Shown here: in pieces, positions 41,392-50,856 of the stretch | Layout: every line of letters begins with the position of its first letter | Numbering within the stretch: the stretch's first letter is position 1 | From: an uncultured Actinomycetes bacterium | GTDB lineage: Bacteria; Actinomycetota; Actinomycetes; Nanopelagicales; Nanopelagicaceae | Direction: 5' to 3' | Length of the DNA stretch: 50,856 bases | Assembly: GCA_903874255.1 (NCBI GenBank) | Contig: CAIQRN010000064.1 | Coordinates: 1 to 50,856 of the forward strand | The notes under the pieces: model-generated | Told to the model about the DNA's origin: nothing | The model's input: the letters and a program-made list of their open reading frames with translations, nothing else | Database searches by the model: none | Program-made: the position numbers and the translations under genes

Positions 41392-41994
41392 ATGCCACAA
41401 ATAGTATTAGCTTCTGCTTCTGCATCCCGTAAGCGTTTGCTTGAATCCGCTGGGTTGAAACCAACAATTATGGTCAGTCACGTTGATGAAGAAACTGATT
41501 TCTTTAATTCAATGTCTCCTGCAGATATGGTAATTGCCCTTGCTATTACTAAAGCACACACAATCCGTGAACAGATAGATTTTCCAGCAATCATTATTGG
41601 CTGTGATTCAACATTTGAATTTGAAGGACAATCCCTTGGGAAACCTGGGACACCAGAGATTGCAATCGAGCGCGCCACTAGAGTGCAGGGAAATTCAGGC
41701 CTGCTTCATACTGGCCACTGCATTATTGATACATCCAAAGAAAAAGAGATTTCAAGTATTGTCACAACTAAAGTCACTTTTGATTCAATGACTGCCGCTG
41801 AAATCGAAGATTATGTTGCTAGCGGTGAACCTCTCCATGTTGCTGGTGGTTTCACACTCGATGGATTCAGCTCGGCCTTTATCCCCACTATCGAGGGTGA
41901 CTACACAAATGTTGTCGGAATCTCAATGCCATTTTTGCGAAAAGCCTTTGAACAACTTGGATATTCCTGGCCAGAGGTTAAGGTGATGCAATGA
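41392..41994 (+). CDS. maf: Maf nucleoside triphosphate pyrophosphatase
   Basis: [35 protein letters not shown]. Confidence 0.93.
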   Translation: MPQIVLASASASRKRLLESAGLKPTIMVSHVDEETDFFNSMSPADMVIALAITKAHTIREQIDFPAIIIGCDSTFEFEGQSLGKPGTPEIAIERATRVQGNSGLLHTGHCIIDTSKEKEISSIVTTKVTFDSMTAAEIEDYVASGEPLHVAGGFTLDGFSSAFIPTIEGDYTNVVGISMPFLRKAFEQLGYSWPEVKVMQ

Positions 41995-43709
41995 AACGCG
42001 TATTAATCGCCAATCGAGGTGAAATCGCCGTCCGTGTAATCCGTGCCTGTAAAGATCATGGGCTTCAAAGTGTTGCCGTGTATTCGGAAGAAGATCGCAC
42101 CGCAATTCACGCGCAACTTGCCGATGCTGCATTTTCATTGCAAGGGACTACTGCAACACAAACATATTTAAATATTGAAAAACTTATTGCAGTCGCAAAA
42201 GAATCCGGGGCCGATGCAGTTCATCCGGGCTATGGCTTTCTCTCTGAAAACGCTAACTTTGCACAGGCTGTCATCGATGCAGGTTTGATTTGGATTGGTC
42301 CTCCACCTGCAGCAATCCGCGCACTTGGCGACAAAGTTTCTGCGAGAAAAATTGCCGCTAAAGCCGGTGCACCACTTGTTGCCGGAACCAAAGATCCCGT
42401 TGCCGGGCATGAGGAAATCATTGCATTTGCAAAAGAGCATGGATTACCTGTTGCAATCAAGGCTGCACATGGTGGAGGCGGCCGTGGATTAAAAGTTGCA
42501 CGCACTATGGAGGAAATCCCAGAGTTATTTGCATCTGCAGTTCGTGAAGCAATTAGCGGTTTTGGTCGTGGTGAATGTTTCGTAGAACGCTATTTAGATA
42601 AGCCACGACATGTGGAAACTCAGGTCTTGGTTGATATGCATGGTCACGCAGTTGTGGTCAGTACTCGTGATTGCTCTTTGCAGCGTCGCCACCAAAAATT
42701 AGTCGAAGAAGCACCGGCACCATTTTTGACCGATGCCCAAAATGAAGAGCTATACAGATCTAGTAAAGCGATTATGAAAGAAGCGGGCTACGTCGGAGCA
42801 GGAACGTGTGAGTTCTTAGTTGGTCTCGATGGAACAATTTCTTTCTTGGAAGTAAATACTCGTTTGCAAGTGGAGCACCCAGTCAGTGAAGAGATTACGG
42901 GGATTGATTTAGTTCGCGAGCAGTTCCGCATCGCCATGGGTGAATCTCTTGGATTTGATGATCCAGTTATTCGTGGGCACTCTATTGAATTCCGTATTAA
43001 TGGCGAGGACCCCGGGCGTTCGTTCTTACCGGCCCCAGGTCGCATCACTGAATGGATGATTCCTACTGGGCCAGGCGTTCGCGTTGATGCTGGTTTTGCT
43101 AAAGGCGACACGATCGGTGGAAACTTTGACTCACTTCTTGCGAAATTAATTGTCACTGGCGCAACGCGCGAGCAAGCGATTGAACGCGCCCGTCGCGCAC
43201 TCTCTGAATTTACCGTTGAAGGTTTAGCGACTGCGCTTCCATTTCACCGTGCGATTCTTGAAGATGACGCTTTCACCCAAGAGTTCAAGGTTTATACAAG
43301 TTATATCGAAAACGAATTTAACAACGAAATTCCTGCTTACAACGCTGCTGCACTTGCATTAGAAACTCACATGGCACCAGAACATCTGGTCACTGAAGTA
43401 AATGGCAAGAGATTTGAAATTGTTATTCATGCGCCAAAACCTGTTGTAAAACGCCATCGCGCCAAACAATCTATGGCAGGTGGTGCAGGTGGTGCTGCAT
43501 TAACAAGTCCAATGCAGGGAACCGTTGTAAAAATTGCGGTGAATGAAGGCGACCAGGTCGAAATTGGAGATTTAGTAATTGTGCTTGAGGCGATGAAAAT
43601 GGAACAGCCATTAATGGCTCACAAAGCTGGAATTATCAAGAATTTGAGCGCAGTTATCGGTGCCACGGTTTCAAGTGGAACGGCCCTGTGTGACATCATT
43701 GATGCATGA
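41991..43709 (+). CDS. accA: Acyl-CoA carboxylase alpha subunit (biotin carboxylase + BCCP)
   Basis: [45 protein letters not shown] biotinylation site. Confidence 0.95.
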   Translation: MKRVLIANRGEIAVRVIRACKDHGLQSVAVYSEEDRTAIHAQLADAAFSLQGTTATQTYLNIEKLIAVAKESGADAVHPGYGFLSENANFAQAVIDAGLIWIGPPPAAIRALGDKVSARKIAAKAGAPLVAGTKDPVAGHEEIIAFAKEHGLPVAIKAAHGGGGRGLKVARTMEEIPELFASAVREAISGFGRGECFVERYLDKPRHVETQVLVDMHGHAVVVSTRDCSLQRRHQKLVEEAPAPFLTDAQNEELYRSSKAIMKEAGYVGAGTCEFLVGLDGTISFLEVNTRLQVEHPVSEEITGIDLVREQFRIAMGESLGFDDPVIRGHSIEFRINGEDPGRSFLPAPGRITEWMIPTGPGVRVDAGFAKGDTIGGNFDSLLAKLIVTGATREQAIERARRALSEFTVEGLATALPFHRAILEDDAFTQEFKVYTSYIENEFNNEIPAYNAAALALETHMAPEHLVTEVNGKRFEIVIHAPKPVVKRHRAKQSMAGGAGGAALTSPMQGTVVKIAVNEGDQVEIGDLVIVLEAMKMEQPLMAHKAGIIKNLSAVIGATVSSGTALCDIIDA

Positions 43710-44536
43710 CAAATAGCGAACTTCTCTATTCAGATCCGATGGCGGCGGCCGAGGCGGCAGCTAAAGAAATAGTCGATCGCACGGGGATTGCTGCCCACGA
43801 TGTTGCACTCATTATGGGTTCTGGTTGGGTGAGCGCAGTCGATGCACTTGGAACACCTTCATATGAATGTGATGCAGAGGATTTAACTGGCTTCTTACCG
43901 CCAACTGTTGAGGGCCACTCCGGAAAAGTTCGCTCGTATGCAATCGAGTCAAGCGGAAAAACTTTGCACGCACTTGTATTCCTTGGACGTACACATTTGT
44001 ATGAAGGCAAGGGAGTAGAACCAGTAGTACATAGTGTTCGTGCTGCAGTCAAGGCTGGCTGCAAAATAATTATTTTGACAAATGCATGTGGTGGAATAAA
44101 TAAGAGTTTTACAGTTGGTCAGCCCGTAATTATTCGTGATCATATTTCGCTAACCGCAGTTTCTCCTTTATCTGGTGCTACTTTTATTGATCTCACTGAT
44201 CTTTATAGCAAGAGAATCCGTGAAATAGTAAAGCAAGAAGATTCATCACTTGAAGAAGGTGTCTATGTTCATTGGCGAGGCCCGACATATGAGACACCCG
44301 CAGAAATTTTGATGATGCGCACGATGGGTGGGGATTTGGTCGGTATGTCTACCGTCCCTGAAGCAATTGCAGCACATGCACTTGGTGCAGAAGTTCTCGG
44401 AATTTCATTAGTGACTAATGCTGCCGCGGGCGTTACAGGAGAAAAACTTAATCACGAAGAAGTCATTGCCGCTGGAAAAGCCGCTGCGGATCGAATGGGC
44501 GCCCTTCTCAAAGGGGTAATTCCGAAGTTATTCTAG
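43706..44536 (+). CDS. punA: Purine-nucleoside phosphorylase (trimeric type)
   Basis: [43 protein letters not shown]. Confidence 0.95.
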   Translation: MTNSELLYSDPMAAAEAAAKEIVDRTGIAAHDVALIMGSGWVSAVDALGTPSYECDAEDLTGFLPPTVEGHSGKVRSYAIESSGKTLHALVFLGRTHLYEGKGVEPVVHSVRAAVKAGCKIIILTNACGGINKSFTVGQPVIIRDHISLTAVSPLSGATFIDLTDLYSKRIREIVKQEDSSLEEGVYVHWRGPTYETPAEILMMRTMGGDLVGMSTVPEAIAAHALGAEVLGISLVTNAAAGVTGEKLNHEEVIAAGKAAADRMGALLKGVIPKLF

Positions 44537-44540
44537 GAAC

Positions 44541-46151
44541 ATGGATCTGACACAGGAAGTTCAAGCGTGGATTGCAGATGATCCAGATCCAAAAAGCGCA
44601 GCGCAATTACAGCAATGGCTCGACACACATAACGAGCTAGAACTTCGAACATCTTTCTCTGGTTTTTTACAGTTTGGAACTGCCGGACTTCGTGGGCCTA
44701 TTCGCCCTGGCCCATCAGGCATGAATCGAGCCGTTGTTGGTCGGGCAGCTGCAGGAATTGCTGCTTACATGAAAGAGCGAAACCTGACTAGCGTAGTCAT
44801 CGGTCGCGATGCACGTTATGGATCAGAGGATTTCACTTTTGAAACTGCAGAAATTATGAGTGGTGCAGGAATGAAAGTTTATGTATTACCGCGCCCACTT
44901 CCAACACCAGTCTTAGCATTTGCTACCAATGAATTGAAATGTGATGTTGGAATTATGGTTACCGCAAGCCATAACCCACCACAAGATAATGGCTATAAAG
45001 TTTATTTGGGCGGCACAGTTGATGGAATCCACTACAGGGGATCTCAAATTGTTTCACCCACTGATGAATCAATTGCAGAAAAGATTGATTCTATTGTTTC
45101 TCTTAAGAACCAGCCTCGCGGAAAAGAATGGACCGTTCTTGGTGAAGAAATTATTCATAAATATGTGAGCATCACCGCAGGCTTGGCAAAACGCCCTGGA
45201 AATCTCAAAATTGTTTACACCGCTATGCATGGTGTCGGTACCCAAACTCTGCAGCATGTTTTTCATAAGGCCGGATTCCCTCAACCGATTTTGGTTGATG
45301 CACAATGCAAACCGGATCCTGATTTTCCAACTGTCGCTTTTCCAAATCCAGAAGAGCCTGGTGCGATTGATTTAGCGCTAGAGACTGCCCGTACATTTGA
45401 TGCAGACCTTGTAATTGCCAACGACCCCGATGCCGATAGATGTGCTGCGGCAATTAAGGATCCAGTTAAAGGTTGGCGCATGTTACGTGGCGATGAACTT
45501 GGTGTGGTGTTGGGTGAATCAATTGCACGCACTACATCACAGGGAATCCTTGCAAACTCCATAGTTTCCTCATCAATATTGAGCAAAATTGCCACGCATT
45601 ACGGCTTAGATTTCAAAGAGACTTTAACTGGCTTTAAATGGCTTGCGAAAATTGAAGGTCTAACTTTTGGTTATGAAGAGGCGCTGGGATACGCCGTGGA
45701 TTCAATTACGGTTAATGATAAAGATGGAATATCAGCGGCAATTAAGCTTGCGCAAATCGCAACGGATTTAGCCAATGAAAATAAAACGATTCTAGATTTA
45801 CTGGATGAAGTTTGGGAGCGCCATGGTTTCCATGCCACCGAACAGATTTCAATTCGATTGAATGATCTTTCGCAGGTAAGTGTCATCATGGGCAACTTAC
45901 GAAGTAATTCTCCCCAAGAGATTGCAGGTCGCCACGTAACTTCAATTGATGACTTGGCTTCACCGAAAGATGGTTTACCGCCAACTGATGGCTTGCGCAT
46001 TTGGCTTGATGGCGGAATTCGAATCATCATTCGCCCATCCGGAACTGAAGCAAAGATGAAGTGTTATATTGAAGCAATTGCTAAAGATTCAGAGAGCGCA
46101 CAGATAATTTTGGATCAATTACGAGCACCATTAAAGGAATTACTAACGTGA
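44541..46151 (+). CDS. Phospho-sugar mutase (PmmB-like; probable phosphopentomutase by context)
   Basis: FGTAGLRG, VTASHNP, DPDADR, GYEEALG, RPSGTE. Confidence 0.88.
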   Translation: MDLTQEVQAWIADDPDPKSAAQLQQWLDTHNELELRTSFSGFLQFGTAGLRGPIRPGPSGMNRAVVGRAAAGIAAYMKERNLTSVVIGRDARYGSEDFTFETAEIMSGAGMKVYVLPRPLPTPVLAFATNELKCDVGIMVTASHNPPQDNGYKVYLGGTVDGIHYRGSQIVSPTDESIAEKIDSIVSLKNQPRGKEWTVLGEEIIHKYVSITAGLAKRPGNLKIVYTAMHGVGTQTLQHVFHKAGFPQPILVDAQCKPDPDFPTVAFPNPEEPGAIDLALETARTFDADLVIANDPDADRCAAAIKDPVKGWRMLRGDELGVVLGESIARTTSQGILANSIVSSSILSKIATHYGLDFKETLTGFKWLAKIEGLTFGYEEALGYAVDSITVNDKDGISAAIKLAQIATDLANENKTILDLLDEVWERHGFHATEQISIRLNDLSQVSVIMGNLRSNSPQEIAGRHVTSIDDLASPKDGLPPTDGLRIWLDGGIRIIIRPSGTEAKMKCYIEAIAKDSESAQIILDQLRAPLKELLT

Positions 46152-47095
46152 GTTTTTATGGTTTAGTCGATGGCTCAGATGCATCCTTGAAAAAATATCT
46201 AGGAAATTTGTCTGGTGTCGATCAAGTTGGCGCTGATGCGCGCGCAGCAATGCTTGCAACTCGAAGTATTAAAACCACATCAAAGCGCTGGGCAATTGAT
46301 ACCGCTATTTCAATGGTTGATCTAACGACTTTAGAAGGCGCAGATACTCCCGGAAAGGTTCAGGCTTTGTGCACCAAAGCTGTGCGCCCTGACCCAACTG
46401 ATTCAACGGTTCCTAGCGTGGGGGCCGTCTGCGTTTACAACGATATGGTCGGAATTGCACGCACGCATTTAGATTCAATCGGTGGTCAGCACGTGGGTGT
46501 GGCCGCAGTTTCCACGGCTTTTCCATCGGGCCGTGCATCGATGCCAGTAAAAATTCAAGATACTCAAGATGCCATTGATGCCGGCGCATCTGAAATAGAT
46601 ATGGTGATTGATCGCGGGGCTTTTCTTTCAGGGCGCTACATTGAAGTTTTCAATGAAATTGTTGCTATTCGCGAAATCTGCGGAACCAAGGCGCATCTAA
46701 AAGTCATTTTTGAAACCGGCGAACTCGTAACGTATGACAATGTGCGTAAAGCATCTTTTCTAGCTATGGCTGCGGGTGCTGATTTTATTAAGACTTCTAC
46801 CGGAAAAGTTGCACCTGCTGCCACTGCCCCCGTTGTCTTAGTAATGCTTGAAGCTGTTCGAGATTTCTATTCCATGACAAAGGTACGAATTGGCGTAAAG
46901 CCTGCAGGTGGAATCAGAAATACAAAAGATGCAATCAAGCAATTGGTCTTAGTAAATGAAACCGCTGGCCCAGAATGGCTGACACCGTCGCTTTTTCGTA
47001 TAGGCGCAAGCGCACTTCTTAATGATTTATTAATGCAACGCATGAAAATGGATGATGGCTACTACGCTAGCCCTCAGTACGTAACGATCGACTAA
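46148..47095 (+). CDS. deoC: Deoxyribose-phosphate aldolase (long form)
   Basis: DLTTLEGADT, EIDMVI, KVIFETGEL, FIKTSTGK, KPAGG, FRIGAS. Confidence 0.95.
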   Translation: MSFYGLVDGSDASLKKYLGNLSGVDQVGADARAAMLATRSIKTTSKRWAIDTAISMVDLTTLEGADTPGKVQALCTKAVRPDPTDSTVPSVGAVCVYNDMVGIARTHLDSIGGQHVGVAAVSTAFPSGRASMPVKIQDTQDAIDAGASEIDMVIDRGAFLSGRYIEVFNEIVAIREICGTKAHLKVIFETGELVTYDNVRKASFLAMAAGADFIKTSTGKVAPAATAPVVLVMLEAVRDFYSMTKVRIGVKPAGGIRNTKDAIKQLVLVNETAGPEWLTPSLFRIGASALLNDLLMQRMKMDDGYYASPQYVTID

Positions 47096-47106
47096 TGGAG
47101 GAAACA

Positions 47107-48546
47107 GTGAGTTTTGAATATGCGCCGGCTCCAGAATCACGTGCGGTCGTTTCTATCAAAGCTAAATATGGGCATTTCATTGGCGGAAAATTCGTAGCCG
47201 GCTCTAAGCACTTTCCTACAATTAACCCCGCAACTGAAGAGGTTCTTTCACACATTGCCCTTGCTGGAAAGGCAGAAGTTGATGCCGCCGTGAAATCTGC
47301 GCGTAAGGCCTACGTAACAACGTGGTCGAAAATGAGCGGCAAAGAGCGCGGTAAATATCTTTTTCGTATCGCACGCATCATGCAAGAGCGCGCTCGAGAA
47401 TTCGCCGTTCTAGAAACACTTGATAACGGAAAACCAATCCGTGAATCTCGAGATGTAGATGTGCCGCTAGCTGCAGCCCACTTTTTCTATCATGGGGGCT
47501 GGGCAGACAAACTTGAATATGCAGGTCTGGGCACATCACCCAAAGCTCATGGCGTTGCCGGACAGATAATTCCATGGAACTTTCCATTATTAATGTTGGC
47601 TTGGAAAGTTGCTCCAGCCTTAGCGGCAGGAAATACCGTCGTGCTAAAGCCTGCTGAGACGACATCACTGACTGCGCTTTTATTTGCCGAAGTTTGCCAA
47701 CAGGCCGAACTTCCTGCAGGTGTCGTTAATATCGTTACAGGCGATGGCTCGACCGGTGCATTGATTGTTAATCATCCGGGCATCGACAAGATTGCTTTCA
47801 CTGGATCTACAGAAGTCGGAAAGATTATTGCCCGTGCTGTTGCGCCAACTCATAAGAGTGTGACACTGGAACTTGGTGGCAAAGCTGCCAATATTGTCTT
47901 TGAAGATGCAGCCATCGATGAAGCTATCGAAGGAATCGTCAATGGAATCTTTTTCAATCAAGGTCATGTCTGCTGTGCCGGCTCACGACTGTTATTGCAA
48001 GAAAATATCGCTGAAGAGGTTTTGGAAAAACTTAAATCTCGGATGGCAAAGATTCGTGTCGGTGATCCAATGGATAAAAATACAGATTTAGGTGCGATTA
48101 ATAGTAAGGAACAACTGCACAAGATCACCGAACTATCAACTGTGGGAGATTCCGAAGGCGGAGAACGTTGGAGTGCCCCATGTGAATTACCAAGCAAAGG
48201 TTTCTGGTTTGCACCAACAATATTTACAGGCGTGACCCAATCCCATCGCATTGCACGCGAAGAGATTTTTGGTCCAGTGCTTTCGGTACTGACTTTCCGC
48301 ACCCCTCAAGAGGCGATAGATAAGGCAAATAACACGCCATTTGGTCTATCTGCAGGCATCTGGAGTGAGAAGGGGTCAAAAGTTTTATGGGCTTCTCAAC
48401 AACTTCGTGCAGGTGTTATCTGGGCAAATACATTTAATAAGTTTGATCCGACATCACCATTTGGCGGTTACAAAGAATCTGGTTGGGGCCGTGAGGGTGG
48501 ACGACATGGTTTATCTGCATACTTGAAGGGAGCCACACATGAGTAA
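47107..48546 (+). CDS. Aldehyde dehydrogenase, catalytic subunit
   Basis: PWNFP, FTGST, LELGGK, FNQGHVCCAGSR, EEIFGP, PFGGYKESG; GTG 47107 follows GGAGG. Confidence 0.93.
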   Translation: MSFEYAPAPESRAVVSIKAKYGHFIGGKFVAGSKHFPTINPATEEVLSHIALAGKAEVDAAVKSARKAYVTTWSKMSGKERGKYLFRIARIMQERAREFAVLETLDNGKPIRESRDVDVPLAAAHFFYHGGWADKLEYAGLGTSPKAHGVAGQIIPWNFPLLMLAWKVAPALAAGNTVVLKPAETTSLTALLFAEVCQQAELPAGVVNIVTGDGSTGALIVNHPGIDKIAFTGSTEVGKIIARAVAPTHKSVTLELGGKAANIVFEDAAIDEAIEGIVNGIFFNQGHVCCAGSRLLLQENIAEEVLEKLKSRMAKIRVGDPMDKNTDLGAINSKEQLHKITELSTVGDSEGGERWSAPCELPSKGFWFAPTIFTGVTQSHRIAREEIFGPVLSVLTFRTPQEAIDKANNTPFGLSAGIWSEKGSKVLWASQQLRAGVIWANTFNKFDPTSPFGGYKESGWGREGGRHGLSAYLKGATHE

Positions 48547-49381
48547 TCGTATTGATGTGAAAAAGACTTATAAGTTATTTATCAATGGCGCTTTCCCACG
48601 CACGGAATCTGGTCGTACTTATGAGATTAAAAATGCCAAAGGCATCTTTATTGCCAATCCATGCTTAGCTTCACGCAAAGATTTAAAAGATGCGGTTGTC
48701 GCAGCACGCGCAGCACAACATGGTTGGAATAAAGCCACCGGCTACAACAAAGGTCAGATTCTTTATCGAATTGCTGAAATGCTTGAAGGCCGCCGTGCAC
48801 AGTTTGTTGATGAAATTATGAGCGTTACTGGAGCAACTAAAGCTAAAGCTGAAAAGGAAGTCACCGACTCCGTAGATCGCCTGGTTTGGTATGCAGGTTG
48901 GAGCGATAAAATTTCTTCACTATCTGGCGCTCTCAATCCAGTCGCAGGTCCTTATTACAATTTCACAATCCCTGAAAGCATGGGAGTTATTGCTGCAATT
49001 GCACCCGAAACACCATCACTGCTTGGCTTAATTGATGCCATTGCACCAATTATTGTCGGTGGAAATACAGTCGTGGTTTTGGCCAGTACTAAGGCCCCAT
49101 TGTCGGCGATGAGCTTTGCTGAAGTTATCGCAACTAGTGATGTCCCTGCCGGTGTTATTAATATTTTGACGGGCAAGAAAGATGAAATTGCCCCATGGAT
49201 GGCATCACATATGGATATCGATGGTTTAGATATTTCAGGTTTAAGCCCAAAGGCTCACGGTGAGATAAAAAGCGCTGGAGCTGAAAACCTCAAGCGTATT
49301 TTTTCCTTTAAATCAGCTGACCCCGGTCGCATCCTTGCTTATCAAGAAAACAAGACCGTCTGGCATCCAATCGGTCTATAA
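48539..49381 (+). CDS. Truncated ALDH-family protein lacking the catalytic domain
   Basis: ALDH N-terminal fold (LFING, GQILYRIAE, GNTVV, PAGVINILTG) but no ELGG or catalytic Cys; ends ENKTVWHP. Confidence 0.85.
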   Translation: MSNRIDVKKTYKLFINGAFPRTESGRTYEIKNAKGIFIANPCLASRKDLKDAVVAARAAQHGWNKATGYNKGQILYRIAEMLEGRRAQFVDEIMSVTGATKAKAEKEVTDSVDRLVWYAGWSDKISSLSGALNPVAGPYYNFTIPESMGVIAAIAPETPSLLGLIDAIAPIIVGGNTVVVLASTKAPLSAMSFAEVIATSDVPAGVINILTGKKDEIAPWMASHMDIDGLDISGLSPKAHGEIKSAGAENLKRIFSFKSADPGRILAYQENKTVWHPIGL

Positions 49382-50329
49382 CCATTGTTTATCAATGGTT
49401 TTAAACCAAAGTTGCTCAACAGCTTCAACATCTAAATCCAGGGTGACTCTTACAGATGCGGCATCTGATAAATCATTAGGTTCTAACGCTTTTAAGAAAG
49501 CTGCTCTGCGATCACAAATTGTTTGACCACGCGCTGGGCCTTGCGAAGTGTCAACTACGACGTCGAAAATCTCTGTAGTAAATAGTTGCGGACGAATCGC
49601 GCTGGCGACAGCACCATAATCCCCCAAAGTAATTGGCGAAACATGCAATCGTTCAATAAAGGCTTCGATGAGAGTTGCAGCAAATTGCGCTGCCGGATCT
49701 GGAGATTTCCTCAACTGAGCGGCATCTTCACTAGTTGCACCTGGACGCATGAAAACATCTAGACCATACATCGTGATCGGGATGCCACTTTGGAAAACTA
49801 TTGCTGCAGCTTCTGGATCATGCCAAACATTAAATTCTGCGGCAGCAGTTGCATTTCCTGCAGATGCCGATCCCCCCATTAAAACAATTCGATGAAGCTT
49901 CTTAGCGGTCTCGGGAAAAGCGCGTAAAAATAAGGCGATGTTTGTCAATGGCGCCATTGGTACCAACGTCACTGGTTCTGAAGATTCTTCAATCAAATCT
50001 CTTAATAACTCAACAGCACTTCGTGGATCAACTTTTCGTGACGATGGCGCAATTCCTAAATCGCCCATTCCATCGGCGCCATGAACATATTCAGCATATT
50101 GAGACTTTCCTAAAAGTGGTCGAACCGCGCCTCTAGCAACGGGAATATCAGCAGCGCCGGCCGCATCAAGTACCTTTAATGTGTTTTCGATGACTTGATC
50201 GACATTTGTATTTCCATCAACACAAGTGATACCCAATAAATTGATTTCGGGATGACGTGCGGCGAATAAAACGGCAAAGGCATCATCAACACCGGTATCA
50301 ACGTCGAGAATCATTGAAGTTTTTTTCAT
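49376..50329 (-). CDS. Nucleoside hydrolase (IU-NH family)
   Basis: DVDTGVDDA, VHGADG, PLTNIA, AEFNVWHDPEAA. Confidence 0.93.
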   Translation of the reverse strand: MKKTSMILDVDTGVDDAFAVLFAARHPEINLLGITCVDGNTNVDQVIENTLKVLDAAGAADIPVARGAVRPLLGKSQYAEYVHGADGMGDLGIAPSSRKVDPRSAVELLRDLIEESSEPVTLVPMAPLTNIALFLRAFPETAKKLHRIVLMGGSASAGNATAAAEFNVWHDPEAAAIVFQSGIPITMYGLDVFMRPGATSEDAAQLRKSPDPAAQFAATLIEAFIERLHVSPITLGDYGAVASAIRPQLFTTEIFDVVVDTSQGPARGQTICDRRAAFLKALEPNDLSDAASVRVTLDLDVEAVEQLWFKTIDKQWL

Positions 50330-50347
50330 AAGCGATAGCCTAGCGCT
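50330..50347. promoter_or_regulatory. Putative bidirectional leaderless promoter (nucleoside hydrolase / ribokinase)
   Basis: CAT-aagcga-TAGCCTA-gcgct-ATG: a TANNNT hexamer on each strand, 6 and 7 nt from each ATG. Confidence 0.65.
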
Positions 50348-50856
50348 ATGAGCAAAGCGGTAATAGCAGTAGTCGGAAGTGCCATGACCGACTTAACTGC
50401 CTACGCGCCGTTAATTCCATCTGCTGGGCAAACAGTTGAGGGCAATTTATTCACGACAGGATTTGGCGGAAAAGGTGCAAATCAAGCGGTAATTGCTGCA
50501 CATTGTGGTGCCCAAGTTCATTTTATTGGCAAGCTTGGCGATGATCTTTTTGGTCAATCTATTGCCAAGAATTTTCAAGACGTAGGAATTAGTACGCAAT
50601 CTACGGACACTAGTAGCACACCAAGTGGAGTCGCACATATCTGGGTAGATGGTCTCGGTGAAAATCGCATCATCATTATCCCTGGGGCAAATCATGAAAT
50701 AGAAATTGGCAAAGCGGTCGAAGGCATCAATTCAATTAGTGATCTTTGTGTTGTAGTTGCTCAGTGCGAAATTAAACAGGAAGTCACACTTGCAGCTTTT
50801 GTTGCCGCCAAGAAACGTGGCTGCATAACAATATTGAATCCAGCTCCTTTTCAGCC
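50348..50856 (+). CDS. rbsK: Ribokinase (PfkB family), 3'-truncated by the window edge; not in the ORF track
   Basis: Manual translation MSKAVIAVVGSAMTDL...GFGGKGANQAV...GKLGDDLFG...GENRIIIIPGAN...QCEI...ILNPAP. Confidence 0.9.
   Translation, partial: MSKAVIAVVGSAMTDLTAYAPLIPSAGQTVEGNLFTTGFGGKGANQAVIAAHCGAQVHFIGKLGDDLFGQSIAKNFQDVGISTQSTDTSSTPSGVAHIWVDGLGENRIIIIPGANHEIEIGKAVEGINSISDLCVVVAQCEIKQEVTLAAFVAAKKRGCITILNPAPFQ

Noticed and set aside
48539-49381. Short ALDH as a pseudogene
   Set aside because: Intact frame, own SD, coupling to the upstream gene and a clean domain deletion that keeps the terminal strand.
1-50856. tRNA, rRNA, CRISPR, IS/prophage and classic hairpin-polyU terminators
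   Set aside because: Spacers are almost all under about 130 bp; I saw no cloverleaf, repeat-spacer array, transposase, integrase or convincing terminator by eye.

Overview
Gene-dense core-genome window of a low-GC, streamlined actinobacterium. Gene content, near-zero intergenic spacing and low GC best fit freshwater acI / Ca. Nanopelagicales (inference). It holds about 53 CDS: Rv3235-like, secA, comF, mtrAB, ahcY, phosphomannomutase, a cell-envelope GT2/DUF5719 pair, whiB, manC; a dapC-fdxA-cysS-mshB-moeZ-TetR-DEAD-mrp-tatB-htrA-pepA-dapD block; then SpoIID, GT2, LCP, ugd, purEK, birA, acyl-CoA carboxylase genes and a nucleoside catabolism cluster (punA, mutase, deoC, two ALDH-family genes, nucleoside hydrolase, partial ribokinase). 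I saw no mobile element, CRISPR, tRNA or rRNA. The most notable signals are: (1) two identical-geometry 18-bp bidirectional leaderless promoters built on a shared TANNNTA heptamer; (2) pervasive leaderless starts; (3) an unannotated leaderless 12-codon uORF abutting the DEAD-box helicase; (4) a split ALDH16-like pair beside deoC; (5) a stand-alone sigma-70 region-4 mini-protein; (6) a short-type (SNPLSTQD) AhcY at the usual actinobacterial sahH position; (7) SD-occluding hairpins and GC-rich patches next to leadered genes. All family calls are from motif recognition; no searches were run.
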